DNA of 50,843 bases from an uncultured Candidatus Saccharibacteria bacterium (GTDB lineage Bacteria; Patescibacteriota; Saccharimonadia; Saccharimonadales; EFPC-124), in the NCBI GenBank assembly GCA_964405095.1, contig CAYOML010000005.1, positions 1-50,843 of the forward strand. Reading direction: 5' to 3'. A program made the translations under genes and the position numbers. Numbering within the stretch: position 1 is the first letter of the stretch; each line of letters opens with the position of its first letter. Shown here one piece after another: positions 1-13,099 of the stretch. The notes below the pieces were generated by a model. That model worked only from the letters and a program-made list of their open reading frames with translations. It was not told the DNA's origin and made no database searches.

Positions 1-834
<834 letters not shown>

Positions 835-888
835 AGAATATCAAATTGATATTCGTGTTTTTAACAACTGACGTTGACTTGCACTACC

Positions 889-973
889 AAATTGTTAAAG
901 GACCGCCAATCCCTTCCACCAGATTAGCGGACAGACTGAGAGCAATCATACTCCATGACCCTCTCGAAGTCAA
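889..973 (-). promoter_or_regulatory. rRNA operon sigma70 promoter and boxA-like antitermination site
   Basis: Minus strand TTGACT (968-973), 17 bp spacer, TATGAT (945-950); GTCCTTTAACAATTT at 889-903 resembles boxA (TGCTCTTTAACA). Confidence 0.8.
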
Positions 974-995
974 CAGGTATAGAGGGCTAAGAACG

Positions 996-1427
996 TTACA
1001 AAATTTGCAACAAAGCTAAAGCAATAACCACTCCGATTGCAATGCCGACTACGATCTCGTTCAATCTGTGGCCATAGGCTATGAAGAATGGCTGGCCTTC
1101 AGTTTTGTCAGATGTGACCAGCTTTCGCAGAGCGTCACCCTGTTCGCCGACAGATCTTCGCACATTGACAGCGTCATAAAGAACTACCGCGGCCATAACA
1201 GCAGCGACGGCAAACAAAGGGCTGTCAAAACCCAGCCGCACACCTATGACGGTAAGCAGTGACGCAACCATGCTGCTATGAACGCTTGGCATGTTTCCTG
1301 ATCTAAAGAACTTGCGGTTTCTCTGTTCTTTGGGTTTACGAAGCTCAAGAAGCGCCTTAAGCGTCTGCGCTACAAGCCAAGCCGTTGCCGGAACAACCAA
1401 GTACACCGATAACCAGTTATTACTCAC
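996..1427 (-). CDS. Divergent PAP2 family membrane protein (DUF212)
   Basis: [18 protein letters not shown] and GH..EI..G motifs; hydrophobic helices. Confidence 0.9.
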   Translation of the reverse strand: MSNNWLSVYLVVPATAWLVAQTLKALLELRKPKEQRNRKFFRSGNMPSVHSSMVASLLTVIGVRLGFDSPLFAVAAVMAAVVLYDAVNVRRSVGEQGDALRKLVTSDKTEGQPFFIAYGHRLNEIVVGIAIGVVIALALLQIL

Positions 1428-3951
1428 CCTCTACCCCCTCTGGTGGTTCCTCAACCGCTGAATCACTCACCAAACCAACTGTAGCTACTGTGTCCCCGGC
1501 GGCAAGGCGCATAATTCTCACGCCTTGGGTTGTTCTCCCTAAAACAGGTATGCCCTTGAGTCCTATGCGAATTGACTGGCCTCTAGAGGAAATAATCAGA
1601 ACCTCTTTAGTTTCCTCGTTGAGTGACCTAACAGTAATCAAATCACCTGTCTTGTTATTAACAATAGCCGCCTTTATACCAACACCACTTCGCTTATGGG
1701 TTGGGAAGTTACCGACTTTTGTAAGTTTGCCGTAGCCATTCCTACTGAGAACAACCAATTGTCTATCCTCGATTACAAGGTCTGCGCCTACCACTTTATC
1801 ACCAGGACGCAGTCGTATACCGCGAACACCTCTCGCTGAGCGACCCATGGGTCTCGCATCCTTTTCGCTAAAGCGAATTGCTTGGCCAAACGATGTGGAG
1901 ATTACTACTTCATCATCGCCTGAGGTGAGATGGATCCAACGTAACTCATCACCTTCATCAAGGCGGATAGTAATTAAGCCCGTCGTCCTAATGTTGCCGT
2001 AATCAGATATCGGTGTCTTCTTTACAACGCCATGAGTCGTCGTCATGAACAAGAAGCCCTTGTCGCCGTGATCTTTACTGACACGCACCATCGAAGTCAC
2101 GTGTTCTTCGGGTTGTAGCTGTATTAAGTTAACAACAGCCACACCTTTAGCGGTAAGACTAGAGGCTGGCACCTCGTAAACTTTGAGTCTGAAGACCCGG
2201 CCTTTATTAGTAAACAGTAGTAACCAATCGTGGGTGCTAGCAGTGATGAGTTGGTCGATGACATCCTCTTCCTTCGTGGTCATAGCCCGTTTGCCTTTAC
2301 CACCCCGGTTCTGTTTGTGATAGTCACTCACGAGAGTTCGCTTAATGTAGTTCTCTGTTGTAATGGTGACTACAACCTGTTCATCCGGTATCAATTCTTC
2401 ATCGCTAAACTTACCGAGTTCCTGAGCTATGATCTTAGTCCTGCGTTCGTCCGAGTAGAGTTTCTTCATTTCCAGCAGCTCTTCTTTGATGATGGCAAAG
2501 ACTTTTTGCTCGTCAGCTAAAACGCCTTCGAGTTTGGCTATCAATAGTTTGAGTTCTTTGAGTTCATCTTCAATCTTTTTGCGCTCAAGCCCCGCCAAGC
2601 GGCGTAGTTGCATTTGTAGGATGGCCTCAGCTTGTATCTGGCTTAGATTAAACCTTTTAATAAGGTTCACTTGAGCCTCTTCACTGGTCTCGCTCTTACG
2701 GATTGTGTCTATAACTTCATCAATGTGATCTAGGGCAATCGTGAGGCCTTCTAAAATGTGAGCACGGGCTTTTGCCTGGTCAAGCTCAAATTGTGTACGC
2801 CGGCGAACAACTACCTGGCGATGCTTAAGGTACTCACGTAGTATTTCTTCGAGACCCAAGATGCGTGGTTGGATACCATCAACTAGAGCCAGCATGTTGA
2901 AATGGAAGCTGGTCTGTAAAGGTGTGTGTTTGAATAGCTGGTTCAACACCTTTTTAGGGTAGGCGTCCTTCTTAAGTTCGACAACGATGCGTAAATTACC
3001 GCGCGCTGTTTCATCACGAAGGTCGGCGATACCATTGACTTTCTTTTCATGATGGAGCGCTGCTATACGCTCTACAAGTGTAGCTTTATTAACAGCATAT
3101 GGAATCTCTTTGACTATAATACGTTGAGCGCCTTTTCGATCACTTTCCTCTATTTCTGCTATTGCGCGTATTACAACACCTCCCCGCCCCGTAGCGTAAG
3201 CTTGTCGCATAGAATCACCGCCATAAACAATGCCGCCAGTTGGGAAATCTGGCCCTTTTACATATTTAAGTAAGTCATCAAGTGTTGTGTTGTCCTGGTG
3301 GTCAATAATGTGGATTATCGCATCGACTAACTCACCTAGGTTATGTGGCGGAATACTGGTTGCCATACCTACTGCAATACCAACCTGACCGTTCAACAAC
3401 AAGTTTGGCAGCTTTGCCGGCAATACAGTCGGTTCCTTGAGCCGACCATCGTAGTTGTCGCGCCAGTCTACGGTATCTTTGTCGATATCAGCCAACAGCT
3501 CCTCGGAGTGCCGTGTCATACGAGCTTCGGTGTAACGCATAGCAGCCGGTGGGTCGCCATCCATTGACCCAAAGTTCCCCTGGCCATCTACAAGCAAATA
3601 ACGCATAGCCCAATCTTGAGCCATCCTAACCATCGAGTCATAAATAGCCACATCGCCGTGTGGGTGGTAATCACCCATTACACCACCCACTACTGTCGCC
3701 GATTTGCGGTGCTTAGTTGTTGGCCTTAGGCCATCACGGTTCATGGTAAACAAAATGCGGCGGTGTACTGGTTTTAGACCGTCACGTACATCTGGCAAGG
3801 CGCGATCGACAATAACACTCATCGAATAACGTAGGAAGCTGTCTTCCATAACGTCTTCGACGGTTCTTAACTCAAGGCTCTTAGAATGGACCTGCGGTTC
3901 GTTAGGTGCAGCTTGTTCTTCAATCGGGTTGTTCAGTTCTTCGTCGTCCAT
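1420..3951 (-). CDS. gyrA: DNA gyrase subunit A
   Basis: [29 protein letters not shown]; GyrA-box QNRGGKG; C-terminal pinwheel repeats. Confidence 0.99.
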   Translation of the reverse strand: MDDEELNNPIEEQAAPNEPQVHSKSLELRTVEDVMEDSFLRYSMSVIVDRALPDVRDGLKPVHRRILFTMNRDGLRPTTKHRKSATVVGGVMGDYHPHGDVAIYDSMVRMAQDWAMRYLLVDGQGNFGSMDGDPPAAMRYTEARMTRHSEELLADIDKDTVDWRDNYDGRLKEPTVLPAKLPNLLLNGQVGIAVGMATSIPPHNLGELVDAIIHIIDHQDNTTLDDLLKYVKGPDFPTGGIVYGGDSMRQAYATGRGGVVIRAIAEIEESDRKGAQRIIVKEIPYAVNKATLVERIAALHHEKKVNGIADLRDETARGNLRIVVELKKDAYPKKVLNQLFKHTPLQTSFHFNMLALVDGIQPRILGLEEILREYLKHRQVVVRRRTQFELDQAKARAHILEGLTIALDHIDEVIDTIRKSETSEEAQVNLIKRFNLSQIQAEAILQMQLRRLAGLERKKIEDELKELKLLIAKLEGVLADEQKVFAIIKEELLEMKKLYSDERRTKIIAQELGKFSDEELIPDEQVVVTITTENYIKRTLVSDYHKQNRGGKGKRAMTTKEEDVIDQLITASTHDWLLLFTNKGRVFRLKVYEVPASSLTAKGVAVVNLIQLQPEEHVTSMVRVSKDHGDKGFLFMTTTHGVVKKTPISDYGNIRTTGLITIRLDEGDELRWIHLTSGDDEVVISTSFGQAIRFSEKDARPMGRSARGVRGIRLRPGDKVVGADLVIEDRQLVVLSRNGYGKLTKVGNFPTHKRSGVGIKAAIVNNKTGDLITVRSLNEETKEVLIISSRGQSIRIGLKGIPVLGRTTQGVRIMRLAAGDTVATVGLVSDSAVEEPPEGVEGE

Positions 3952-3953
3952 GG

Positions 3954-5945
<1,992 letters not shown>

Positions 5946-6053
5946 TCAGTATTTTACAACTCATTCATTATAGCGTTTTTTATATCTTCTTGGCAACTAT
6001 TGTATTGAACATATTTCTTATGCTATTTTAAAGAGTAAGGAGCAAAACAAAAA

Positions 6054-7964
6054 ATGTTTCGGAAACTTGTTTCCAATCTGCCGTTTAGTCCGGCACTGGT
6101 TGGACAACTCGGTTTCTACGCAAGACGCTTGCGTAAGGAAGAGTTCACGCGCCGTTTAGGGCTATTTTTTACTGTCCTCGCGCTGGTTGTTCAGTCTCTG
6201 GCTGTATTTAGCCCGCCAGAACAGGCGTTAGCCAGCAGTGCTTCAGATATTATCAAAGGTGGGATCTCTACAGTTAAAGAAATATTGACGGTATACGATG
6301 CAGGCGCTCAGGGTCAAAACGACTTCAAGGACCTAATGGACTACTTTGGTATCACTCGCCGGGAACTAGCAGCAATGAATACGAAGGTGGTTTACGTGTG
6401 TTCGAGCGACCATAGTATCATCAGCTACGGCCGTCAGCATCACTACTCTACAGCCGAAGGCGAGTTAGTCCACACTGTACCTAAGCAGAACGGTGGCTTT
6501 TCTACCTTCTACTCCGTACCCCTTTACCGCTTCGACAGTGTCAATAACAGCGTAAATTGTTACGACTCATTTGTCGGTAACTCGGCAAAAGTCGGCTGGT
6601 TCTCAGTCATGCGTAAATGCGGCAACATTGAAATGAAGAAAAATGTACGCAAACTGCCCCGCGGCCACTTTGTTGCCGCCAGCTGTACTGCAATTCAGGG
6701 TTACGCCTACGATGAACGCCAAGTCGACCTTAAAGTTAAAGTCTATCTTTACTTTGGCGGGCAACCCGGCAAGGGAAAACAATTTGGTCCGATAGCGGCT
6801 AACCAAAGTACCCCCACTTCCAGTATTGGCGGTGGTTATGGTTTTAACTTTACGGTACCCGCGGAGTATCAGAAATTAGCCACACCTACCGTTGTTTGGG
6901 CAGTGATGCAACCTCTTCCGGGCTGGGCTCAACCAACCGTCCAGTTTGACAACACAGTACAAGTACCGGGGGACTGCACGCCGCACGCCAAGACCACGGC
7001 AGCGTGTAGTGGGCTTAGGGTTAGTTATATCGATCGAACGCACATTACTCTAGCCGCTCAAGCGGTCGCTGATCCAGGCGTTAATGTAACTGCGTATGTG
7101 TTCACAATAACCGATTCTAGTGGTAAAAAAGTCTACGAGAAAATTCTCACATCTGCATCCCTGTTGGCAACCGTAGATAACATAGAGCTTGCTAACCCAG
7201 GTGATTACACTGCTAAAGTTGTTGTTAAAACATCAATCGGTGATCGTGAATCAGCAGATTGTATAAAACCAGCTCAGATTTCACCCCCCGAAAAATGTAA
7301 GTTTAGCAATACCATACTAGCCACTGATGAGAATTGTAAGCCTTGCCCCTACGATTCCGGCATATGGATCAAGGATGAAGAAAATTGCCGGCCACAAATA
7401 AGTGAATCAAAGGCAGCAAAAAATCTAACACAGAATACGAATGATGCTAATGGTACAACTGCCAAGACTGCTGATAGACTTGAATTTACCATTTACACAA
7501 CCAACATTGGTAATGGAACCGTCAGTACTACAATCCAAGAGAGCCTAGGCGATGTTCTGGAATACGCCAAGCTACTAGATAGTGGCGGCGGAACTTTTAA
7601 TGACAACGAGAAGATATTAAGTTGGGGTACTGTCCAACTGGGGCCGCAACAAACCGATGTCCGCCGCTTTGTAGTGCAGGTAATGGACACCATACCAGGC
7701 ACACCGCATGGTTCCAACGGCTTGGCGGCCTACAACTGCTTGATGACTAACTCGTACGGCAACACTATAGAGATTCATGTTGAATGCCCAGTTGTGAAAG
7801 CTATTGAGGGTGCCACGCACGTACTGCCATCCACTGGCCCAGGCGAAAACATGCTATTTGGTGCGGGTCTGCTGATGGTTGTTACCTACTTCTATGCACG
7901 CAGTCGCCAAATGGGCAAAGAGGTCCGTCTTATCAAAAAAGAGTTTAACGCAGGCACAATATAG
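6054..7964 (+). CDS. Secreted/surface protein, Cys-rich, DUF11/Ig-like C-terminal region, LPxTG-like anchor
   Basis: SD AAGGAG upstream; long N-terminal signal (..RRLGLFFTVLALVVQSLA..QALA); C-terminal LPSTG, hydrophobic segment and basic tail. Confidence 0.75.
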   Translation: MFRKLVSNLPFSPALVGQLGFYARRLRKEEFTRRLGLFFTVLALVVQSLAVFSPPEQALASSASDIIKGGISTVKEILTVYDAGAQGQNDFKDLMDYFGITRRELAAMNTKVVYVCSSDHSIISYGRQHHYSTAEGELVHTVPKQNGGFSTFYSVPLYRFDSVNNSVNCYDSFVGNSAKVGWFSVMRKCGNIEMKKNVRKLPRGHFVAASCTAIQGYAYDERQVDLKVKVYLYFGGQPGKGKQFGPIAANQSTPTSSIGGGYGFNFTVPAEYQKLATPTVVWAVMQPLPGWAQPTVQFDNTVQVPGDCTPHAKTTAACSGLRVSYIDRTHITLAAQAVADPGVNVTAYVFTITDSSGKKVYEKILTSASLLATVDNIELANPGDYTAKVVVKTSIGDRESADCIKPAQISPPEKCKFSNTILATDENCKPCPYDSGIWIKDEENCRPQISESKAAKNLTQNTNDANGTTAKTADRLEFTIYTTNIGNGTVSTTIQESLGDVLEYAKLLDSGGGTFNDNEKILSWGTVQLGPQQTDVRRFVVQVMDTIPGTPHGSNGLAAYNCLMTNSYGNTIEIHVECPVVKAIEGATHVLPSTGPGENMLFGAGLLMVVTYFYARSRQMGKEVRLIKKEFNAGTI

Positions 7965-7982
7965 AGGGGTTGGAGAAATACT

Positions 7983-8537
7983 ATGGCAGACGGCGAAAGA
8001 CATGTGGGAGGTATCGAGCGTACAGAAGAGTTAGAAAGGGCTGCTGCAGCACGTAGCGCTGAGCTCCGCGAAAAGCCGGCCGATGCCGAGGCTAACGAGC
8101 GTACAAGCGAACAGGAAGCGACTGAGGCCCGTCTAGAAGCCAATCGTGAAGCAAAATCGGCCAAGGAGTATGGCCCTCCGTCCGAGGAAGAAAGATCCGC
8201 CCCGACTTCGAGTGGCTTCAGCCGCAAGGCAAGCTACAATCAGACCTTAAAAAGCATACAAAAAGATATGTCTGCACCTTCAAGATTATTCAGCAAGGTG
8301 ATCCACAATAAGGTCATCGATAAAACTAGTGATGTTATCGGCAAGACTGTAGCCAGGCCAGATGCAATACTGAGCGGAGCCGTCTGCGCCTTTGTGCTTG
8401 TCCTTGGGCTATACGCCCTAGCAAAATACATGGGATTTGCACTCTACGGCTCGGAAACAATCGCAGCCTTTATTATTGGTTGGCTTTTGGGGATACTCTT
8501 TGATCTGTTACGCGGTGTGTTCAGAAAAAGACGCTAG
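7983..8537 (+). CDS. Hypothetical membrane protein (charged N-terminus, two C-terminal TM helices)
   Basis: 184-aa ORF with GGAG SD, directly after the previous gene; two hydrophobic segments. Confidence 0.8.
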   Translation: MADGERHVGGIERTEELERAAAARSAELREKPADAEANERTSEQEATEARLEANREAKSAKEYGPPSEEERSAPTSSGFSRKASYNQTLKSIQKDMSAPSRLFSKVIHNKVIDKTSDVIGKTVARPDAILSGAVCAFVLVLGLYALAKYMGFALYGSETIAAFIIGWLLGILFDLLRGVFRKRR

Positions 8538-8538
8538 A

Positions 8539-11500
8539 TTAAGAGGTAGTCTGTCCGGGCTTAGGTGGAATGCCGTCTTCACCCCGGTGATGCAAGCGGC
8601 CTTGCATATCAATATAGATTTCGTCTAAGTTATTGCCGGCAGGCGCAACAGGCGTTTCGGGGGCCTGTGCTGCCGAAGACTGGCGGTTGAGTATCAACTG
8701 GCCATCACTACTCTTAACTTGCTGTGTAGGTTCTTGAGGGGGCGGAGCGGCTAAGCTATGTATTTTGGCCGAGGTTAGAGCAGTTTCTAGCTCCTTGGCA
8801 TCATAATCGGTTTGTTGACTATCCCTGGGGTCCTTGAAGCTAATATGCCCACCGAAGCCCTGATTTTCCAGATCGGTTAACCTACGATGGTCGCTGGTAT
8901 CAGTATTTAGGGGTGTTACAGTTGACCCAACGCTGGTCGTTGGTAGCGGGGCCACCTGGCTCGGCATAGCGGGAACTTTTGGTTGCCAGCTAGCTGGAGG
9001 CTGTGTAGCAGCAAGGGGGCTAGGTGAACCCGTTGCTTGAGGTTGAGCTTGCACTGGGGCTAACGTGGGCAGGTTATCATTGTTGGTTTGTGTGCCAGCA
9101 ACTGGTTGCTGTGCCGGCTTTGCTCCGAATTGCTGCTTGCGCTTAGCCAGCCACTCGTCAAGGAACGATGAGCCGCCAGCCTGGGTAGAGGGCGGGGCAC
9201 TACGCTGCTCTCCTAGAGGTGCACCTGGTTGAGACTTTCCTGACTGACGCATTCTATCAAGCGCCGCCTGTCGACGAGACTCGCGCTCATCATCACCCGC
9301 CTTAAGGCGCTTAAATATCTCCTGCTCGACAGCGGCTCGCGGTCGCCCGTACTTGGCCGCTGATAAACGTTTCAGCGCTTGAGAAAGCTGGGCGTTAGGC
9401 TGACCGAGTGGCGGAATAAGCGCCATACTAAAAGGCGCTGATGGGACATTATTGATCATCACCGAAGCGACTGCCTCAAAGTTCGGCAGTTTTGTCAGGT
9501 CTTCGGCATCAAATGTTGGCGAAAATTTCTTGGTCATCAATTCGGCGTCCGTTGTACCAATACGCCCAGATATAACAGTACCTACGTTACCTATAACTGC
9601 TTCCCGGATCTTATCTGGTAGCTGAGTCATGAACTGGTTGGCAAGTACCAAGCTCAGACGATATTTACGAGCCTGTGACAAAATAATCTCAAATGACTCA
9701 GTCGCAAAGTTTTGAAACTCGTCGGCGTAAAGTGTGAAGTCGACACGCTGATCCTCAGGCGTGCCTGCCCGTCCCATAGCTGCAGCTTGAAATTTCATGA
9801 CGAAGATCATACCCATCAGCTGCGAATTCAACTCGCCCATCTTGGAAATGTTGATTAGCAAGATCTTTTTGTTATCCATAATGTCGCGCAAATCAAAACC
9901 ACTTTTAGTCTGACCAATGATGTTGCGCATCATCTCATTGGAGAGGAAGGCACCAAATTTACTGACAAACCAGCCTAAAACCTCACTCTTGTGGTAGTCG
10001 CTGGTCTGCGCCATTTCCTTGTTCCAGAAGTCAAGCACTGTTTGATCAGTGACGTATTTGAGTTTTGCTTTTGAGAAGTCGTTATCATTAAACACCTGTG
10101 GTATATCAATAAACGAGGAGCCTGCAGGATCACTCATAATTGTTAGGGCAGCATTGCGAAACCAGTGCTCATAACGAGGGCCAATGATACCGGTATGACC
10201 AGGATCGTAAAGACGATATAGCATGGCAATCGCCTCTTGAATCAGCAAATCACGCTGATTTGAGCTCTCAAACTCGAATAGGTTTAGCCCAATAGGAGTA
10301 TCGAGCATGTCGCCTGGGGCAAAATAAATTACATCCTCTACACGCTCGCGAGGCACCATAGCCAGTAGTCTCTCGGCAGAGTCGCCGTGTGGATCGAGAA
10401 AAGCAAAGCCCTTGCCATCCAGCATGTCCTGTAGGGCTAGGTTTTCAAGCAACGCCGACTTACCTGTACCAGTCTGACCAATAATGTAAACGTGGCGCCG
10501 GCGATCCACATCGCCCAATCTAATTTCCTTCTTAATACCTCTAAACATGTTATAGCCGAGCAACAACCCACCTTCTGAAGTTTGATTGGGGCCGTCCACT
10601 TGCTTGGAAGCTTGACGTTTAAGTTGCGAGGTTGGCGTGTTGCGCTGATCTGGAAAGTGAAAGATTGTCGCAAGCTCTACGCTATTCATAATGTTTTGTC
10701 GCATTTCCTGTGGGAAGAAACGAAAAATAAAAGCTGTTACAAATTCCTCGATATTTTTAGATAGTGTGAACCTGAAACCGTTCTTGCTTGGTGAATCGAA
10801 TAATGAGAATGCTGCCACAATATTTTTCAAAATCGCCTGTGAACGGGCTGAGGTATTGGAAGATGCAACAACACGCACTAAGACCTCGTATCCAGGATGT
10901 CGAGTTTTATCCTCTATGGCGTCTACAGTCGCTTGTTCGAGTGCACTTAGTTGCTTGTCCTCCGGCTTCGTCTCCTTGCTCTCAGGGGGCTTCCAGAGCG
11001 CTCCAGCGACATCTTTAACGGAGATGAGCCCACTCTTCACGCCCTTATCCTTCCGAATCTTGTTGGCGCGGTTTATAGAGCCCTTAACCCATTTGTCACC
11101 AGCAGGGCGCAACAAGATCTGGATACCCGCACCGTCCTCACGCTGCAGGGTCGATAATGAGTTAAGAATCGCCTGCATAGCATCTCGTTTTGTCTCTTGA
11201 TAGGTAGCTATTGGATAGCTAAACTCTTTCCTAAGCGTAAGCTCACCACCAATTGTGCCGCTGATCTTACCGACAGTGCTGAAGATATTGTGCTCTTCGC
11301 ATTCCTCAACTCGGGCTGTCGGATAAGCAGCCAGTACAGCTTGCTGTACTACCTCCGTTAACACAAGAGGCGTTACCAGATAGAAGTGTATAAGGCCTTT
11401 ATTTGCGATAATTTCTAACGCAAGGTGCCGTTGGCCATACAGCCGACTTTTAAAACCCTTGGTCGCTGTGCTAGCAATAATGTTATACATGATCTGCGCT

Positions 11501-11718
11501 TGAGAGATTGCCTCTTCTGCTACCTCTCTTGCATCACGCGCGCCAAGTTCTATGTCGTCACTTGATGGTGGCAAGTGAATCAGTAGCGGTACCATTTTGA
11601 GGCCACGTTCGTAATTCTTAGCCTCGCGCACAATCCTTCGGTATTGCCAGTACACCAGGTATAGAACTACCAGTAATAAGCCGACGCCTATTGCAATGCC
11701 CACAAAGAGATCGCTCAT
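8539..11718 (-). CDS. VirD4/TraG-like (HerA/FtsK superfamily) coupling ATPase with N-terminal TM and Pro/Gln-rich tail
   Basis: RRRHVYIIGQTGTGKS (Walker A), LDPHGD, LYADEFQNF (Walker B), ARKYRLSLVLANQ. Confidence 0.85.
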   Translation of the reverse strand: MSDLFVGIAIGVGLLLVVLYLVYWQYRRIVREAKNYERGLKMVPLLIHLPPSSDDIELGARDAREVAEEAISQAQIMYNIIASTATKGFKSRLYGQRHLALEIIANKGLIHFYLVTPLVLTEVVQQAVLAAYPTARVEECEEHNIFSTVGKISGTIGGELTLRKEFSYPIATYQETKRDAMQAILNSLSTLQREDGAGIQILLRPAGDKWVKGSINRANKIRKDKGVKSGLISVKDVAGALWKPPESKETKPEDKQLSALEQATVDAIEDKTRHPGYEVLVRVVASSNTSARSQAILKNIVAAFSLFDSPSKNGFRFTLSKNIEEFVTAFIFRFFPQEMRQNIMNSVELATIFHFPDQRNTPTSQLKRQASKQVDGPNQTSEGGLLLGYNMFRGIKKEIRLGDVDRRRHVYIIGQTGTGKSALLENLALQDMLDGKGFAFLDPHGDSAERLLAMVPRERVEDVIYFAPGDMLDTPIGLNLFEFESSNQRDLLIQEAIAMLYRLYDPGHTGIIGPRYEHWFRNAALTIMSDPAGSSFIDIPQVFNDNDFSKAKLKYVTDQTVLDFWNKEMAQTSDYHKSEVLGWFVSKFGAFLSNEMMRNIIGQTKSGFDLRDIMDNKKILLINISKMGELNSQLMGMIFVMKFQAAAMGRAGTPEDQRVDFTLYADEFQNFATESFEIILSQARKYRLSLVLANQFMTQLPDKIREAVIGNVGTVISGRIGTTDAELMTKKFSPTFDAEDLTKLPNFEAVASVMINNVPSAPFSMALIPPLGQPNAQLSQALKRLSAAKYGRPRAAVEQEIFKRLKAGDDERESRRQAALDRMRQSGKSQPGAPLGEQRSAPPSTQAGGSSFLDEWLAKRKQQFGAKPAQQPVAGTQTNNDNLPTLAPVQAQPQATGSPSPLAATQPPASWQPKVPAMPSQVAPLPTTSVGSTVTPLNTDTSDHRRLTDLENQGFGGHISFKDPRDSQQTDYDAKELETALTSAKIHSLAAPPPQEPTQQVKSSDGQLILNRQSSAAQAPETPVAPAGNNLDEIYIDMQGRLHHRGEDGIPPKPGQTTS

Positions 11719-11726
11719 CTCTTAGG

Positions 11727-12152
11727 CTACTCACTACTTAATTTAAGTTCTTTACCGTAGCGTTTCTTCAGGTAGTCTGCTTGTAGTTTACTAACTTCTT
11801 TTTCCTGACTGTATGGATCGTTCTTAGTTTGGCCAACGATTTTTTTGGCTTTATCAACCCATTCTTTTTCAACCAGGTCTTCATCAGCAGCAGCCAGCGG
11901 GCCAGTATTATCTGTGGGTGCATGGACGACAGGTACGCTTGGTTGTGGCATAGGCAGCGTTGGTAACTGCGGCAATGCCATCACCGGAGTTGACCCTGTA
12001 CCAGTCTGAGGACTGGACTCGGCAGTCTCAGCGCTGACTGGCGCTTTCTCTGGCGCATGCTTTAAGACCTCCCCAAGGGTTTTGAGGGTCTCGGGCGGAT
12101 GATAAGCCGCCATTTCTGGCGACGGGATTGACGCTGGTGATCCTGGCTCCAT
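11727..12152 (-). CDS. Hypothetical protein (Pro-rich N-terminus, helical C-terminal domain)
   Basis: 141-aa ORF 8 nt upstream of the ATPase; TGnTACAAT upstream of ATG. Confidence 0.8.
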   Translation of the reverse strand: MEPGSPASIPSPEMAAYHPPETLKTLGEVLKHAPEKAPVSAETAESSPQTGTGSTPVMALPQLPTLPMPQPSVPVVHAPTDNTGPLAAADEDLVEKEWVDKAKKIVGQTKNDPYSQEKEVSKLQADYLKKRYGKELKLSSE

Positions 12153-12192
12153 AACTAGCTAAATTGTATCATACGACGTTCCAAGAACCCAT

Positions 12193-12600
12193 CTATATAA
12201 CCTCTTTGGAACTACGCCGTATAACATAAAAACAGCCCAGACCAATCAGGATTACCACAAGAACAATGTCTTTTGGGTCTAATTGGTTAAGGGTATTAAG
12301 AGCCAATAAAAACACGGGGCCCAAACCTATGACGCTTGTCAAATAGTAAGCAGTTTTCATGTTAGCCGACCTCGCTATGTTCAGTAGGCGTAAGATTTTG
12401 ATCACACTAAAAACCATTGCATATAGCACACTTGTAACAAACAGATATATCAAAACAAAGGCGGCCAACACGCTCAAGGGGCCGCTTTGTAAAGGGTTTG
12501 TAATATTAAGAAAGAACAATATACCCAAACCCCATAAAAACGGTAGACCGTAGATCGACGCGAGTCTTATGTGCCCTATCCATTCTGCTATGCTTACCAT
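12193..12600 (-). CDS. Hypothetical 4-TM membrane protein
   Basis: Strongly hydrophobic ORF; ATG at 12600 preferred over the upstream GTG, which lies in a terminator U-tract. Confidence 0.7.
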   Translation of the reverse strand: MVSIAEWIGHIRLASIYGLPFLWGLGILFFLNITNPLQSGPLSVLAAFVLIYLFVTSVLYAMVFSVIKILRLLNIARSANMKTAYYLTSVIGLGPVFLLALNTLNQLDPKDIVLVVILIGLGCFYVIRRSSKEVI

Positions 12601-12614
12601 GACTTTAACTCTAC

Positions 12615-12910
12615 ACAAAAAAGCAAAGGCAGGAAATGCGCTCTACGTATTATGACTTATGTAGCGCTTCCTGCCTGTTGCTGTTGACCGCTCTCTTTAC
12701 AATAAGAGAGCACGTCTTAGCTTGTCATTCAGCCCCAAAACTTGAGACCGAACCACGGGGGAATGCCCTGCGGCTTGGCGTATTTATGCCAACCATATCG
12801 AGAGCTTGTTTGGCAATTTATCCGCCAAGCCGCATAGCATATGAGTAAGGTGCAAGCCTTTAGCTCAACTTTTCTTTGTTTCAAAGGTTGTTCGTTTTTG
12901 CCAAAAGCTA
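12615..12910 (-). ncRNA. Candidate structured ncRNA or attenuating leader (~295 nt), unknown family
   Basis: Promoter TTGACT-17-TATGTT (12916-12944); several long hairpins; final hairpin followed by a U6 tract; no credible ORF. Confidence 0.6.
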
Positions 12911-13099
12911 CTCCAAACATAGCATATGCTTATGCTTAAGTCAACCTATTATCAAGATATTGTCGATGTGTTTATTACATTGATGATCTGTAGAGAAAAA
13001 ATTTGAACACAAAAATGTAATCGAATCCCAGTGTTGTTAATACAACCCTTTATACTGCTTATTTGCCATCTGCGTAATTAGAGTTTAAAACTAGATCAG

